From Malacoraja senta (taxonomy: Eukaryota), in the NCBI GenBank assembly GCA_038087875.1, contig CM075993.1, positions 9,116,001 to 9,180,000 of the forward strand: a stretch of DNA of 64,000 nucleotides. The letters are read 5' to 3'. Below are positions 11,499-24,798 of this stretch, one piece after another (position 1 is the first letter of the stretch; every line of letters starts with the position of its first letter). Below the pieces are notes generated by a model, which saw nothing but the letters and a program-made list of their open reading frames with translations, was not told where the DNA came from and did no database searches. The translations under genes and the position numbers were made by a program.

Positions 11499-13343
11499 CA
11501 TACTGTTCTCTAGAACTCTGGAGGAACTCTGCTGCCAATTGCTCACCCACCCCGCAAACTATTGGAGCACTTAACACCTCTGGCAATGCTCCCCTGTCAC
11601 TACAATGGTGCTTCTGGTTTGTGATGTGACCCTTTAAGTTCAACTTCCTGAGTTCAGTGCAGTGTGGGAACTCCCTCCTAACACTCTTCCATAACGTCTG
11701 ATGTTCCAAGAACAGGATACCATTACAGCGACCCAGGAGAGCTGTTCTCCAACCGCAGCTACCAGATTTCAGTTTTTTTTTACAACTTTTCATCAAACTT
11801 TAGAGAGTTAACTACTTAACACTAGGAAATTGGAGGATATATATTTCTAAGTCCATATCTGCAGCCAAAGAAGGTTGGAAAATGATGGAGCATCTTACTA
11901 TTTCCTGACTCACTTCTGGCCCATAGTGGTGTCAGGGATGTTATGTGCACAGCAAAATCCCACAGCTTACATATATTACATATATGTAATATAAACTCCT
12001 TCACTCAGTTGCTTTTGTTTGAGATTGTGCAACTATTTTCAAGGAACATGCGGTAATTTCAAGTCAATATTTATCCTTCTATCAATGTTGCTGAAGAGAG
12101 ATTATCTGGTCACCTTATCCACCTATGGATGACCAAGGGGTCCTATGTTGAGCATCTCATTGAAAAACCAGCATCCCAGCAGTGCAGTGTTTCTCAGCAA
12201 TGCTACATTGAGTAAGATCAATTTTTTTTACTCATGGTTCGGGAGATGCAGCGACATTAAAACATTCTGTTTGACCAGAGTGAAGGGTGAGGGCTGGGAT
12301 TACACTTTTGCATTTGAGAAATCGGAAATAGATTTTCATTCATGTCCAGCAGAACTTAAAAGAACATTCTTTTTGTCTCCTTCCCCATCACAATATTTGG
12401 GTGATTGGGAATGTTCAAAACCTATTAATTAATGTTTCAATATAATACTTTGATTTTAAACTACAATCTTATTCCACTTTGCATTTGTATTTATGATGGT
12501 ATTTTTAATTACTGTATGTATACTGTTTATTCTGTGAGAATCACATGAACAAGACATTTCATTGCTCCCTGGTGTACATGAGTCAAGAGTCAAGTCAATA
12601 ATGTTTAAAGGCATGTGCATTGGGAATGAAACAATGAAATTCCTATTTGCTACAGCTTTCCAGGCACATTAACACATCAGCAATAAACTCATGTAATCTG
12701 ACCTATGGACCTTAACAATTTTAAGGAGTTTTAGAAAGCCCCAAACTGTTCAGGAACATATTAACAGCAAGCAGAAATTAATCAAGCTGGTAGTAAATAG
12801 GTAGAAATACTCCAGCACTTTGTGTCTATCATTATAGTAAATAGGGTTCTTCGTGCTTCTGAAAATGCCCTGTGTGAGCTCCAAAGTGCTTCTGCTGGCA
12901 CAAAGTAATTGTTGCACAACAGTTGACGACACAACTCACCTGATTCTCACATACTATGGCAGGCTTAAGCTCTGCTTATGCTCCTGTGACCATCAGAACA
13001 GCTAAAAAACACATCAAACACAAAATGGCGTTCTATGGGACTGCAGTTCCTTCTCAAAAATGTGTTCCTGAAAAAAGTTTTGCACCTGGAGTATTAGGCT
13101 GAAATGACAACATGCAAGGTCGGCTTCAAACTTTGTTCTTTATTATTCACGTTGAAATGGTAACCTGTGCACAAGACAAGGACAAATTTCCAAATATACT
13201 GACTGGTGTGAAACTATCTTCTGTTAGCCACTTTGGCAATTTACTGACCCTTTTCTGATCATCATTTTCTTTCAATGCAAATAACACGAGGTTACTGATG
13301 TGTACACATTCAGATAAATTAGTCCTTTCTAATCTTAGATAAT

Positions 13344-14181
13344 GTCAAGTCAAGTCAAGAGTTTATTGTCATGTGTCCCAGATAGGACAATGAAATTCTT
13401 TGCTTCAGCACAACAGAATATAGTAGGCATGAATACAGAACATATCAGTGTGTCCATATACCATTATATAAATATATACACACATCAATAAATAAGTAGA
13501 TAAAATGCAAATAAACAGATAATGGTCTATTAATGTTCAGAGATTTGTTTCAGTAGAGTTTAATAGCCTGATGGCTGTGGGGAAGTAGCTATTTCTGAAC
13601 CTGGACATTGCAGTCTTTAGGCTCCTGCACCTTCTACCTGAAGGTAGCGGGGAGATGAGTGTGTGGACAGGATGGTGTGGGTCCTTGATGATGCTGCCAG
13701 CCTTTTTGAGGCAGCGACAACGATAGATCCCCTCGATGGTAGGTAGGTCAGAGCCAATGATGGACTGTGCAGTTACTACTTTTTGTAGTCTTTTCCGCTC
13801 CTGGGCACTCAAGTTGCTGAACCAAGCCATGATGCAACCGGTCAGCATGCTCTTTACTGTACACCTGTAGTAGCTAGAGAGTCCTCCTTGACATACTGAC
13901 TCTCCATAATCTTCTCTGGAAGTAGAGGCGCTGATGTGCTTTCTTAATAATTGCATCAGTGTTCTCGGACCAGGAGAGATCTTCAGAAATATGCACGCCC
14001 AGGAATTTGAAGCTCTTGACCCTCTCCACCATCGACCCGTTGATATAAACGGGACTGTGGGTCCCCATCCTACCCCTTCCAAAGTCCACAATCAATTCCT
14101 TGGTTTTGCTGGTGTTGAGGGCCAGCTTATTGTGCTGGCACCATTTTGTCAGTCGGTCGATCTCACTTCTATACTCTGACT
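13344..14181 (-). mobile_element. Rex1/Babar-type LINE, 5'-truncated
   Basis: IVDFGR...VERVKSFKFLGVHISEDLSW...KKAHQRLYF; SIIKDPHHPVHTLISPLPSGRR...FRNSYFPTAIRLLN; (ttgac)n tail. Confidence 0.92.
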
Positions 14182-15460
14182 AATGTAGTTCTGTAGTTCT
14201 GGAAGACATACAAATTCTAGGATTAATTGCAAAATGTTGCATTTAAAACAGTTTCTGTAATAACATTAAATAAACTAATAAAATTAAATAGTTGACAATA
14301 AGCCCAGATTTTTATTGGAAATCCACCCACTTTGCTCGATTCTATAGTTAATCAAGGGTGGGTGCATTCTTCTGGTTCTCCATGAGTCACCCTCATTTCC
14401 TGGGAAATAAATCAGCGATATTTAAAAAGTTTTCTGTTGACTTAAGGAGACAGAATTTATTTCACGGGTTCTCTGGGCTCTGCAAGAGAAGACAGAAGTG
14501 GATCATTAAGTTACGAGTTTAAACATCATATAAGATACAAATATCCATGCTTCAAATATTTAGGATGTTTAGTTTAAAAACATATAAACCTTTAGTAAAA
14601 CCATTCTAATAGACAATCTGGGACGAAGGCCAAAATTCATTTAAAGTGAGCACATGAGTATAAAAGAGATGTAAAAATAGAAAATGCTGGAAACACTCAG
14701 CATGTCAGGCAGCATCTGTGGACAAAGAAACAGTTAACATTTCCAGGACAGAATGGGTCATCGACCTGAAACTATAACTCGGTTTCTGTTTATCGTGCTG
14801 AGCGTTTCCAGCACTTTTTCCCCAGATTTCCAGCAATTGCACTATTTTGCTTTTCAACAAAAAGGATGTTGGGCTGCAGGCCAGGCGGCCCAGAAAAAAT
14901 GGTTTCTGCATGAAAATAAAGGGATAGAAAGAGGATATGATTGAAGTTTTAATTTAATCACATAATCACATAAAATTAAGTAATTTATGACAATCGCTAA
15001 GAAGTCCAGAGATGACTGCCAATTCAAAAGAATGTTCATATAACAAAAGGCCCAGGTGAAATACGAAGAGAAATTGGAGTTGTCATTAATTTCATCCAGA
15101 CCATCAGAAACATGGAAAAGAATTGAAAGTAGTTTATGTTCCAATTTTGTGGGAAAGGTTAGTCTGGAAATTGATGCCCTGTCAGTTTGATATCTGCAAT
15201 GGAAAATATATTGGAGTCTATTTTAAAGGAAGCAATTCAAGAGCTTTTATTGAGTAGTACTCCAATCCAATGTGGCCGCAACAAAATCTAGTCATGCCTC
15301 GGTAATCATTGGGAGAACATAACCAATTTGGTGGGCAATGGTGATTAGATGGGCTGTGGTTCTAGGGTTTCTGAAGATATTTCACAATTACTGTTTGAGG
15401 GATATTTGAAAGTATTCTTGGTAAAAAAAATATTGTAGCTTGAATAATAAATTAGCTAAA

Positions 15461-15727
15461 GGCATGGTGGCACAGCGGTACAGTTGCTGTCTTACAGCGC
15501 CAGGGACCCATGTTCTGACTACAGATCTGTACAGAGTTTGTACATTCGCCCTGTGACCTGCATGAGTTTTCTCCGGGTGCTCCGGTTTTCTCCCATACTC
15601 CAAAGACATACAGGTTTGTGGGTTAATTGGCTTAGTAAAATTGTAAATTGTCCCTATTGTGTGTAGGATAGTGTCCGCTGATCGGAGCGGACTCATTGGG
15701 CTAAAGGGCCTGTTTCCGCTCTATCTC
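15461..15727 (+). mobile_element. HE1/V-SINE-like SINE
   Basis: Full head, V-domain ctccgggtgctccggttttctccca, tail gggcctgtttcc. Confidence 0.88.
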
Positions 15728-15971
15728 AAGTTCAAGTTCACATTTATTGCCAAATGCACCAATTAAGGTACAGTGGAATTTGACTTACCATGCAGCCATG
15801 CAATCAAAAGGAGCACTGTGGTGGAAGGCAATAACGTTCAGTCAGTCCTCCTCCTTTGTTCATCTGTGGTAGGGGCCATGAACCTCGCCGCTACGGACGG
15901 CCCGATGTACAGGCCCTCTCGTCGGGATGCTCGAAATTCCGACGTCAGGACGGACGGACACTCCGCGGCTT
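15728..15971 (-). mobile_element. GC-rich non-autonomous retroelement fragment inserted in SINE tail
   Basis: Minus-strand aataaa and (ttgaac) tail; SINE taaactaaac tail resumes at about 15972. Confidence 0.55.
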
Positions 15972-16173
15972 TAAACTAAACAAAGTGCTTAGAAACAAAC
16001 AATAGGGGCCCAGTCTAGGCAACCATGATCTGTTTGCTATTATTGTGGACCTTATTCAAATTCCTGTTGGGTTAATTGATTGAACCACAAAGTGCTGGAC
16101 AAACTTAGACAATATCTGTGGAGGGAATGGACAGACAACATTTTTGGATTGGGACTTTTCTTCAGAAGTCTAA

Positions 16174-16580
16174 AGGGCCTGTCCCACGAGCATGCGGCAA
16201 GCGCGACCAAACCGGAAGCGGGGGCCGCGCGGAGGTCGAGTGAGTGACGTGAAGTTCGAGCGAAGTCCGCGGGAAGTTCGCGCGTGAAGTACGGTGTCAA
16301 GACGCTGTGTATGGCGTCAAGACGCTGTGTACGGCGTGGAGACGCTGCGCACGCCCGTCGAGACGGTGCATACAGCGTCGAGGTGGCTGCAGGCCGTTGC
16401 CGCGCGGAATATTTGAACACTCAGTTTTACGGAGCCCCGCGCGATGTCGGGACCAGCTCCGCACAACTCCATACGGCTCCGGCGATCGAAGTGGGACTGG
16501 CCCCGCAAGGCCGTACGGCTCAAGCGACCACGTTAGGTCGTGCTTGCCGCATGCAGTTGCATGCTCATGGGACAGGCCCT
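16174..16580. mobile_element. PIF/Harbinger-like MITE
   Basis: TIRs agggcctgtcccacgagcatgc / gcatgctcatgggacaggccct; TAA at 16171-16173 and 16581-16583; internal gtcaagacgctgtgta repeats. Confidence 0.88.
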
Positions 16581-18296
16581 TAAGGAATGCTTCCAACCCA
16601 AAACGTCATCTATCCATTTCCTCCACAGATATTTCCTGACTCGTTGAGTTTGTCCAACACTTTGTGTTTTGCTCAACATTCCATCATCTGCAGTTCCTTG
16701 TGTCTCCTCTCAGGATTAATTGATGGTCTATTTAATGTAGCTTTGGATGCAATTCCATGTTCTGAAAATTATTGTTAATTAATACTGCTGGAGAGGCAAA
16801 CTTAACAGCTGTGGCAGGAAATAAAGGAGTCCAAATGTTACCAGAGAAGTAGGGAAGGTATGGGGGAGAGCAGTAATGGGTGGGGAAAGAAACAGGACTC
16901 CTGAAAGATATTTCACTCTTCTATGCAACCGCAGGCGATGTTGTGTGGACCTGGCGGAGAGAAGACGGTGGTGTGAGGGGGGATACCACCACAATTGGTC
17001 ACAGTTGTGTATTGAATGGGTGGAAAGGCCACCAGGTTGGGAAATTGGACCAGTGGTTGGATGGAGTGGGCAGTGAGCTTTTGGGGATGGGTGGAGAAGG
17101 CTGATGGCATCCATTGTTTCTTTGAATCCCCTCTTGTTTCTCCCAGCCCATGGGAGAGTCTGATTGATGGAGTGGGCAGCTTCCAACTCTCACTGATCCT
17201 TGGGAAAGCCATGGGGTTGGTGTCTCAGGCATAAATAAAATATCAAACCCACCTGCCAAATGAACCAGATTGAATTATTTCTACAATTAATCTCTGATGC
17301 ACAGGTTAGGCAGCTACAATTTTGCATGTGGCCTTCTGAGCAAAAACGATGGACTCTGAAATATTACCATTGCACTATATGGCCAATTGTACTATAATGT
17401 GTCAATGCAGAAAATACTTCATGCTGTAAAATTAAGCAGATGTGTAGCTCAATGACACAGAATAATTAACATTAATTTTCTGTCGCAAATTGACTTGGTG
17501 TAGCTCAGGAATGTGGTTCCTATGGTACTTGGTCATAATGGGACTATGTATTGATCTGCCTTATTATGGAGCAATCGCCACTTGTGTGTATTGGGTGAAC
17601 AGAATAGAGTTGACATTGTTACGAATTTGTCCTGAAAGAATTCCTGTCATTGAAAAAGATTCAGTGGTTATGTCTTCTGGCTCAAACTTAATATTCGTTT
17701 CTACCACTAGCTCATCTCAACCCACTATATTCCAATCTTGAGCATTTGGTCACTCTAGTCTGCTCAGTCAAGTATCTAAACTTCTGTTTCATATTCTGGT
17801 GATATCTTTGACCACATGGCAACACTGTGGCTATCTCAATAGAACTCAGAAGATAACCAGAATCCAATTTTCCCACGAGCAAAAATCAGAGGCATGATAG
17901 GAGACTGCTGGAGTCTTCTCGAAGATCTTTATATTCACTCTAGTCTCGGGCACGGTCCCAGTGGACTGGACAGCCACCAATATTGTTTGCGGCATTTATT
18001 TGAAAAGAGAAGTTTGAATAATCCCGGAAATTATTAGCCAATGAGTCTCACATCAATGGGAGGGAAGCTATTGGAAAGGATTCCTAGGAAGGATAAGGTT
18101 CACTCACATTTGGAACAGAATGAGTTAATTAGGGACAATAATATGGCTTTGTGCGGGGCAAGTCCTGGCTTACAACGACAGAGATGTTTAAGTAGGTGAT
18201 GAAGGTGATGAATGACAGTAGTGCAGTGAATTTTGACCACATTGACTTTAAAAGCACTTAGGTCCCTCATGGTAGGTTGATTTAGAACATCAGGAT

Positions 18297-18768
18297 CACA
18301 TGTGACAATGGTCGCCTTCAGGATGTGCCGCTGAGAAGCCAAGGCCGGACCCTCGAGAGTCGGAGCCTCGCGAGTCGACGAAGCCCACGGCCAACGGTGC
18401 CTGGATTGGCACCATGGAAGCGTCTGGAGAGGACCCGGCGGCGATAGTAGAGAGGTCGGTGCAGCGGTCGATGATGGCGCTGACCGATGGACGAGGAGGG
18501 ACACATGGAACTGAGGACGCCGCTGCCGAGGGAAGGAACAAAGGAGGACCCGGTGTAGGGGACCGCCGTGAGGGAAGGGGATGGACAATGGAGGACCCGG
18601 CATGGGCGGACCACCATGAGGAATGGGAGGGGGGGAGAACAAATGGGGACCTGTAACTTTGTAAGCACCCGTTATGGGTGACCATTTACATATCGTGGAT
18701 ATGCAAGCAAAGAATTTCACTGTGACTTGCCACATGTGACAACAAAGTATTCAATTCAATTAAATTCA
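18297..18768 (+). mobile_element. GC-rich non-autonomous retroelement with LINE-like 3' tail
   Basis: CpG-rich body, aagaatttcactgtgac...cacatgtgacaa tail, (ttcaa)n terminal repeat. Confidence 0.6.
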
Positions 18769-18904
18769 AGATATATGGGATGCAGAGTGGCGACAATTTG
18801 GATTCAGAACTGACTATCAGATGACATAACAATTGATGGAGTTGCAGACAGTGAAGGAGGCTATCAAATGATACAGTAGGATATATATCATTTACAGATA
18901 TGTG

Positions 18905-19175
18905 TTTAGTTTAGTTCAGAGATACAGCGTGGAGACAAGCCCTTCGGCCCACTGAGTTCACGCTAGACAGCGATCCCACAATCTAGGGACAATTTACAGA
19001 AGCCTACAAACCTGCACGTCTTTGGCATGTGGGAGGAAAGCGGAGCAGCCAGAGAAAACCTGCCCGGGTACAAGGAGAACGTACAAACTCCGTACAGACA
19101 GCACCCATATTCAGTTTTGAACCCGGGACTCTAATGCTGTAAGGCAGCAACTCTACCGCTGCGCCACCGTGCTGC
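18905..19175 (-). mobile_element. HE1/V-SINE-like SINE
   Basis: Reverse complement of full SINE consensus (ctaccgctgcgccaccgtgc; gtttagtttag tail). Confidence 0.88.
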
Positions 19176-19272
19176 CCCTCTGGGTGGAGAAATGGCAGAT
19201 GGAATTTAATTGGGCAAGCGTGAGGTGTTGCACTTTGGGAGGACAAATATTAGGGGAAATCATACTGTTAAT

Positions 19273-19914
19273 AGCATAATGAATTCTGAAATGTATAGAC
19301 ACATCCTATCTGCTCAAGTTCAAACAAATGCCTCAAAACTAATTGGCTGGCAGTTCATTCTTTGGCAAGACAATGATCCCAAACATACTGCTAAAGCAAC
19401 AAAGTTTTTTCAAAGCTAAAAAATGGTCAATTCCTGAGCGGCCAAGTCAATTACTCGATCTGAAACCAATTGAGCATGCCTTTTATATGCTGAAGAGAAA
19501 ACTGAAAGGGACTAGCCCCCAAAACAAGCATAAGCTAAAGATGGCTGCAATACAGGCCTGGCAGAGCATCACCAGAGAAGACACCCAGCAATTGGTGATG
19601 TCCATGAATCGCAGACTTCAAGCAGTCATTGCATGCAAAGGATATGCAACAAAATACTAAACATGACTACTTTCATTTACATGACATTGCTGTGTCCCAA
19701 ATATTTTTGTACCCTGAAATGGGGGGACTATGTATAAACACTGCCGTCATTTCAACATGATGAAATCAAAATGTGTAAAAATGGCCTTTATTAAAATCTG
19801 ACAATGTGCACTTGAACCACATGTGATTTTTTCTATTACAAATCTCAAATTGTGGAGTACAGAGGCAAATAAATAAATGATGGGTCTTTGTCCCAAACAT
19901 TATGGAGGGCACTG
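19273..19914 (+). mobile_element. Tc1/mariner 3' half with right TIR
   Basis: QDNDPKHTAKAT, LKPIEHAF, RRLQAVIACKGYATKY*; ends gcactg|ta; same family as 45760-48831. Confidence 0.93.
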
Positions 19915-20228
19915 TACAAAGGGATCTTGGGGTCCAATTGTACAGCTCTCTAAAAGTGCCCACACAACCAGATAGTGATAAAGAAGGCATATTGTGTTCT
20001 TGCCTTCATTGGTCAGAACATTAAAAATAGGATTCAGGATGTGGGTGGCTCAGTGGCGCAGTAGTTGAGTTGCGGCCTTACAGCACCAGAGACCCAGGTT
20101 CGATCCTGTCTATGGATGGTGTCTGTACGGAGTTTGTACGTTCTCCCTGTGACCGTGTAGCTTTCGTGTGGCAAAGCTGAGATTGTGCAACGGTTTAATT
20201 TTATATTCTTGAACATTTTTCAGAGGAC

Positions 20229-20466
20229 TGCACAGTGTCACAGCTGGTAGGACTACTGCCTCAGAGCGCTAGAGATACGGGTTTGATCCTCACCTTGGGT
20301 GCTGTCTGTACGGAATTTTGTATGTTCTCCCTGTGACCATGTGGCCTTCCTGCAGGTGCTCCAGTTTCCTCCCACACCCCCAAAATGTGCAGCTTTGTAG
20401 GTTAATCAGCCTCTATAAATTGCTCCTAGTGTATAGAATGCAAAACAGGAATAACATAGAATTAGT
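20229..20466 (+). mobile_element. HE1-like SINE 5' part (3' part resumes at 22307-22388)
   Basis: SINE consensus is continuous across the L2 insertion. Confidence 0.8.
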
Positions 20467-22309
20467 TCCTCCATAGAATTAATCACCTCCATCATTTGTC
20501 CTGCCACCAGCACCAGCTTAACTGGGTCCCCTGCTAAGTACGAGGCATTTACTACATTTTTCACCAGCAAGGTAAAAAACATAAGAACAAATATTTCCCC
20601 TCCCACCCGTGACCTGGCTGTCTCATTGGTCTGCTCTTCAAAACTAGATTGTTTCCAACCCGTTACTTTACCCTCCCTTGTAAAACTGACCACCATGAAA
20701 CCTACTACCTTCCCCCTCGACACTGTCCCCTTTGCTCTCCTAAAGGACATCATTACAACAGCTGGTCCCAGCATCCTCGCCATCTTCAACAGCTCTCTGG
20801 CCACTGGCACTGTACCTACCTGCTTCAAGCATGCGGTGGTCCAGCCACTCCCGAAAAAAACTAACCTCGACCCCACCTTGCCAAGCAACTACAGATCCAT
20901 TTCTAAACTGCCTTTCCTCTCAAAAGCCCTTGAAAAGGTAATTTTAAGTCAACTTATGCCTTACCTTCACCAAAACACTATCTTGGAAACTTTCCAATCA
21001 GGTTTCAGGGCTCACCACAGCACAGAGTCTGCCTTGTTGAAGGTACACAATGACCTACTGCTCACCGTTGACTCCGGCGACTGTGCAATCCTGCTCCTTC
21101 TTGACCTCAGCGCAGCATTTGATACTGTCGACCACACCATCCTAATTGACCGTCTCCGGTATGGGGTTGGTATTGATGGCAATGCCCTGAGCTGGTTCAT
21201 CTCCTACCTCAAAGGTAGGAGTTTCTCGACTAACATAGGCAACTCTTTCTCCTCCCCAGCTAATCTCTGCTGTGGGGTTCCACAAAGTTCCATCCTTGGC
21301 CCCATTCTTTTCTCCCTGTATATGCTTCCCTTAGGCCAAGTCATTGAAAGGCACGGCATTTCCTTCCATTGCTACGCAGACGATACACAACTCTATCTCC
21401 CCCTGAAACCCAAAAAACAATCAAATCTGCTTAACCTTACCCGCTGCCTCGAGGATATAAAGTGTTGGATGGCCCAGAACTTCCTCCAACTAAACGAGAG
21501 TAAGTCTGAGGTCATCCTTCTCGGCCCCTCGGACTCAATCAAAATGATAGCAGGCAGCCTTGGAAGCCTTATCCCACTACTCAAACCTCACGTCAAAAAC
21601 CTTGCCATGATATTTGACTCAGCACTGAAATTTGACAAACAAGTCAATGCCGTGGTAAAAGCTAGCTTCTTTCAGCTTCGGACGATAGCTAAAATAAAAG
21701 CTATCGTCCACACATTTATCTCCTCCCGCCTAGATTACTGCAACTACACCGGCATCAGCCAATCTTCCCTGTCCCGCCTGCAACTGGTCCAAAACGCCGC
21801 AGCGAGACTCCTGACGGGCACCCGAAAAAGGGACATCACCCCAATCCTGGCCTCTCGCCACTGGCTCCCTGTGCGGTTCCGTATACATTTCAAGATCCTC
21901 CTCTATGTCTACAAAGCCCTCAATGGGCTTGCTCTCACCTACATTAAAAGTCTTCTCACCCACCACTCCACCTCCAGGTCCCTCAGATCGGCCGACTTGG
22001 GGTTGCTGAATATCCTGCGGTCTAGGCATAAGCTCAGGGGCGACTGCGCCTTTGCGGTTGCAGCTCCTAGACTGTGGAACAGCATCCCCCTTCCCATCAG
22101 AACTGCCCCCTCCATCGACTCCTTTAAGTCAAGACTAAAAACGTATCTATACTCCCAAGCCTTTCTTGACGTCCTCTGTGCGAGGGCTATATGTATATAT
22201 GTATGTAGTTTGTTTGTTTATATTATTCTTATAACAAATGTAAAGCACTTTGGCCAACGAGAGTTGTTTTTTAAATGTGCTATATAAATAAATGTGATTT
22301 GACTTGACT
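20467..22309 (+). mobile_element. L2-clade LINE, 5'-truncated, with long open RT frame (ORF 20626-22287)
   Basis: NYRSISKLPFLSK, QSGFRAHHSTESAL, LDLSAAFDTVDH, YADDTQLY, LQLVQNAAARLLT; aataaa plus (ttgac)n tail. Confidence 0.95.
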
Positions 22310-23179
22310 AGTGTACAGGTGAATGTTGGTTGGCGTGGACTCGGTGCGCCGAAGGGCCTGTTTCCATGCTGTTTCTCTCAACTAAACTCAAGTCATGTTG
22401 CAACTTTATAGGAAGTTGGTTAGGCTGTGTTTTTTAAGTATCGTGTGAAGTTCTGGCCATCCTGTTACGGGAACGATGTGGAGGATTTGGAGAGGATGCA
22501 GAAGAGGTTTAGCAGAATGTTGCCTGGAATAGAAGGTATTAGTTACAAGAAGAGATTGGACAAATTTGGATTGTTTTTCTCTGGAGAGTCGGGCTGATGG
22601 GACGTTTGATAGATGTCGACAGTCAGAACCTTTTCCCAGTTAGAAATACCAAAGACTAGAATGCATAGCCTCTAAGGTGAGAGAAGAAAGTTTAAAGGAG
22701 ATATACAGGTCAAGTTTTTTACACTGAGAGTGGTGGGTGCCTGGAACGTTCTGCCAAGCATGGTGGTGGAGGTAGATATGATAGTGGCATTTAGGAATCT
22801 TTTATCACATGGATATGAAGGGATATGGATCATGTACAGGCAGATGAGATTAGTTTAATTTGACATGATGTTCAGCGCATACATTGTGGGCCAAAGTCTG
22901 AGGTTTGAAGGGCCTTTACCAGTGCTGTAATGTTCTGTGTTCAATGTTAACCATAGCCAGCAGTGAAATGAAGGCGACATTACTCTTTCCAGAGTATTGG
23001 AGATTCACATGAATGTCACATCCATGGGTCAATTGAGCTCATCACCTCACTGCTGCAGCTTAACCATAAACCTCACTCTACAAGCACAGTCTCTCATAAC
23101 TTAAAAAAATCATACACCTGATATGAATTATTTTAAACCTTATTATTGCTTAAAATAAGAAAAAAACATTTGTTTAACT

Positions 23180-23530
23180 TTGATTGTTTTCTCTAGAATG
23201 TCGGTGGCTGAGGCATGGATAGGGTAGAAAGTCAGAACCATTTCCCAGCGTGGAAATATCAAAGACAAGAAGGCTTTGATATTTGACAAGAGGGGAAAAG
23301 TTTAAAGGAGATGTGTGGGGCAAGTCTTTTTACACAGAGAATTGTGGATGCTTGGACCTGGAACGCGCTGTCAGTAATGGTGGTGGAGGCAGATACATTA
23401 GTGGCATTTAAGAGGCTTTTAGATAGGCACATGGATATGCAGGGAATGGAGGAATATGGAGATTGGAATTATGTTCAGAACAGATATTGTGGGCTGAAGG
23501 CCTGTTCCAGTGGTGCACTTTTCTATGTTC
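23180..23530 (+). mobile_element. CR1 3' fragment
   Basis: LFTQRIVDAW..WNAL...AFKRLLDRHMD. Confidence 0.8.
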
Positions 23531-23619
23531 TTTGTTTAGCTGGTCTGTAACTCCATCCGTCACATGCACAGAACTGAGGGGCTGATAAGAAGTGCATCCT
23601 GCTCTTAGCGCAGATCCTG

Positions 23620-23855
23620 TGATCACCCCGTACACTAGCACGATCCTACACACTAGGGACAATTTACAATTTGTACCAAAGCCAATTAACCTACAAACCT
23701 ATACATCTTTGGAGTGTGGGAGGAAACCAGAACACCCGGGGAAAACCCACGTGAATACGGGGAGAACGTACAAACTGTACAGAGAGCACCTGTAGTCAGA
23801 ATTGAACCCAGGTCTCTGGCGCAGTAAGGCAGCAACTCTACCACCATGCCGCCCA
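23620..23855 (-). mobile_element. HE1-like SINE
   Basis: Reverse-complement V-domain and head. Confidence 0.82.
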
Positions 23856-24798
23856 ACTTAACTGGTGCACCAACTTAAATGAAGAAACCCCAGGTTCTTC
23901 TCTTCAACCTGTAAGGGAAGTATGTTTCCTTGTATTGTGTCTGGTCACAGAACAGCTGCACTCTAGTGGCCTTGAGCTCCTCTCTACTAGTGAACACTAT
24001 GGGCAGAAACCCTGTGGCCACACCATCAATGGTGTGGGTGTTTGAGAAACCAACCATGTAGGATCAATGGCTACCTCTTCAATCCAATGAACCTTCCATG
24101 AGCAGGTGGTGGAGAGTTGCCTTGGCATAAAGATGTCTTGTCTTCTGCTTTGCTGCTTCTGAAATTGGCAGTGATGTTCCTCAGCCACACAGAGGTATGG
24201 TCTCCAGGAACATCTCAGAACATGGCAAGTTTCTACAGCTTCACCATGGAGCGATGTAGTTAATAAATGCATATGTCCGCAGAGCTTAGGCACAAAGTGA
24301 TGGAGTAACTCAGTGGGTCAGGCTGCATTCCCAGATAACATGGATAGGTGATGTTTCGGGTTGGGAACCTTTCTCAGACTGATTGTGGGGGGAGGGGGAG
24401 TGGGAGGAGGAGAGAATGCTAGGAGGAGCAGGACAAAGCGTGGCAGGGCAAAGGTGAACACAGATGACAGGTGTTTTTGATATGCATGTGGTTGGACATA
24501 AGACCAGAGATGAAATGAAAGGTCTGAGACAAAAGGATTGATGAGTTGCAAATTGTGAAGCCGGAGGAAGGAGGTGGGGAGAAATTAGTGTGAGTCTAGG
24601 TGGGGCACAGGGAAGTGGGGGAGAAAGGGAGCATCTGCAGTTCCTTGTTTCATCACAGAGCTTGCCAGGTTGTGCTCCTTGCCCTGTGTGTAAGGGTAGC
24701 CAAGTGGGAATGTATGGAGGTAATAACAAGGTCGCTCACAGGAATAGACATATCAACACCATTGCGATCGCTTTCTGCATTCTGTCTGCAAAATTTCT

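Larger units (their letters stand above)
17880..22950 (+). mobile_element. Old CR1 LINE scaffold broken by several nested insertions
   Basis: CR1 pieces in consensus order at about 17880-18290, 18770-18900, 19180-19270, 19915-20030, 22390-22950. Confidence 0.7.

Noticed and set aside
11095..11796. Minus-strand ORFs of 100-124 aa and nearby splice-like sites
   Set aside because: No recognisable homology, one ORF begins inside a SINE, and no consistent exon chain
16052..16639. Many overlapping ORFs on both strands
   Set aside because: By-product of a GC-rich, stop-poor MITE
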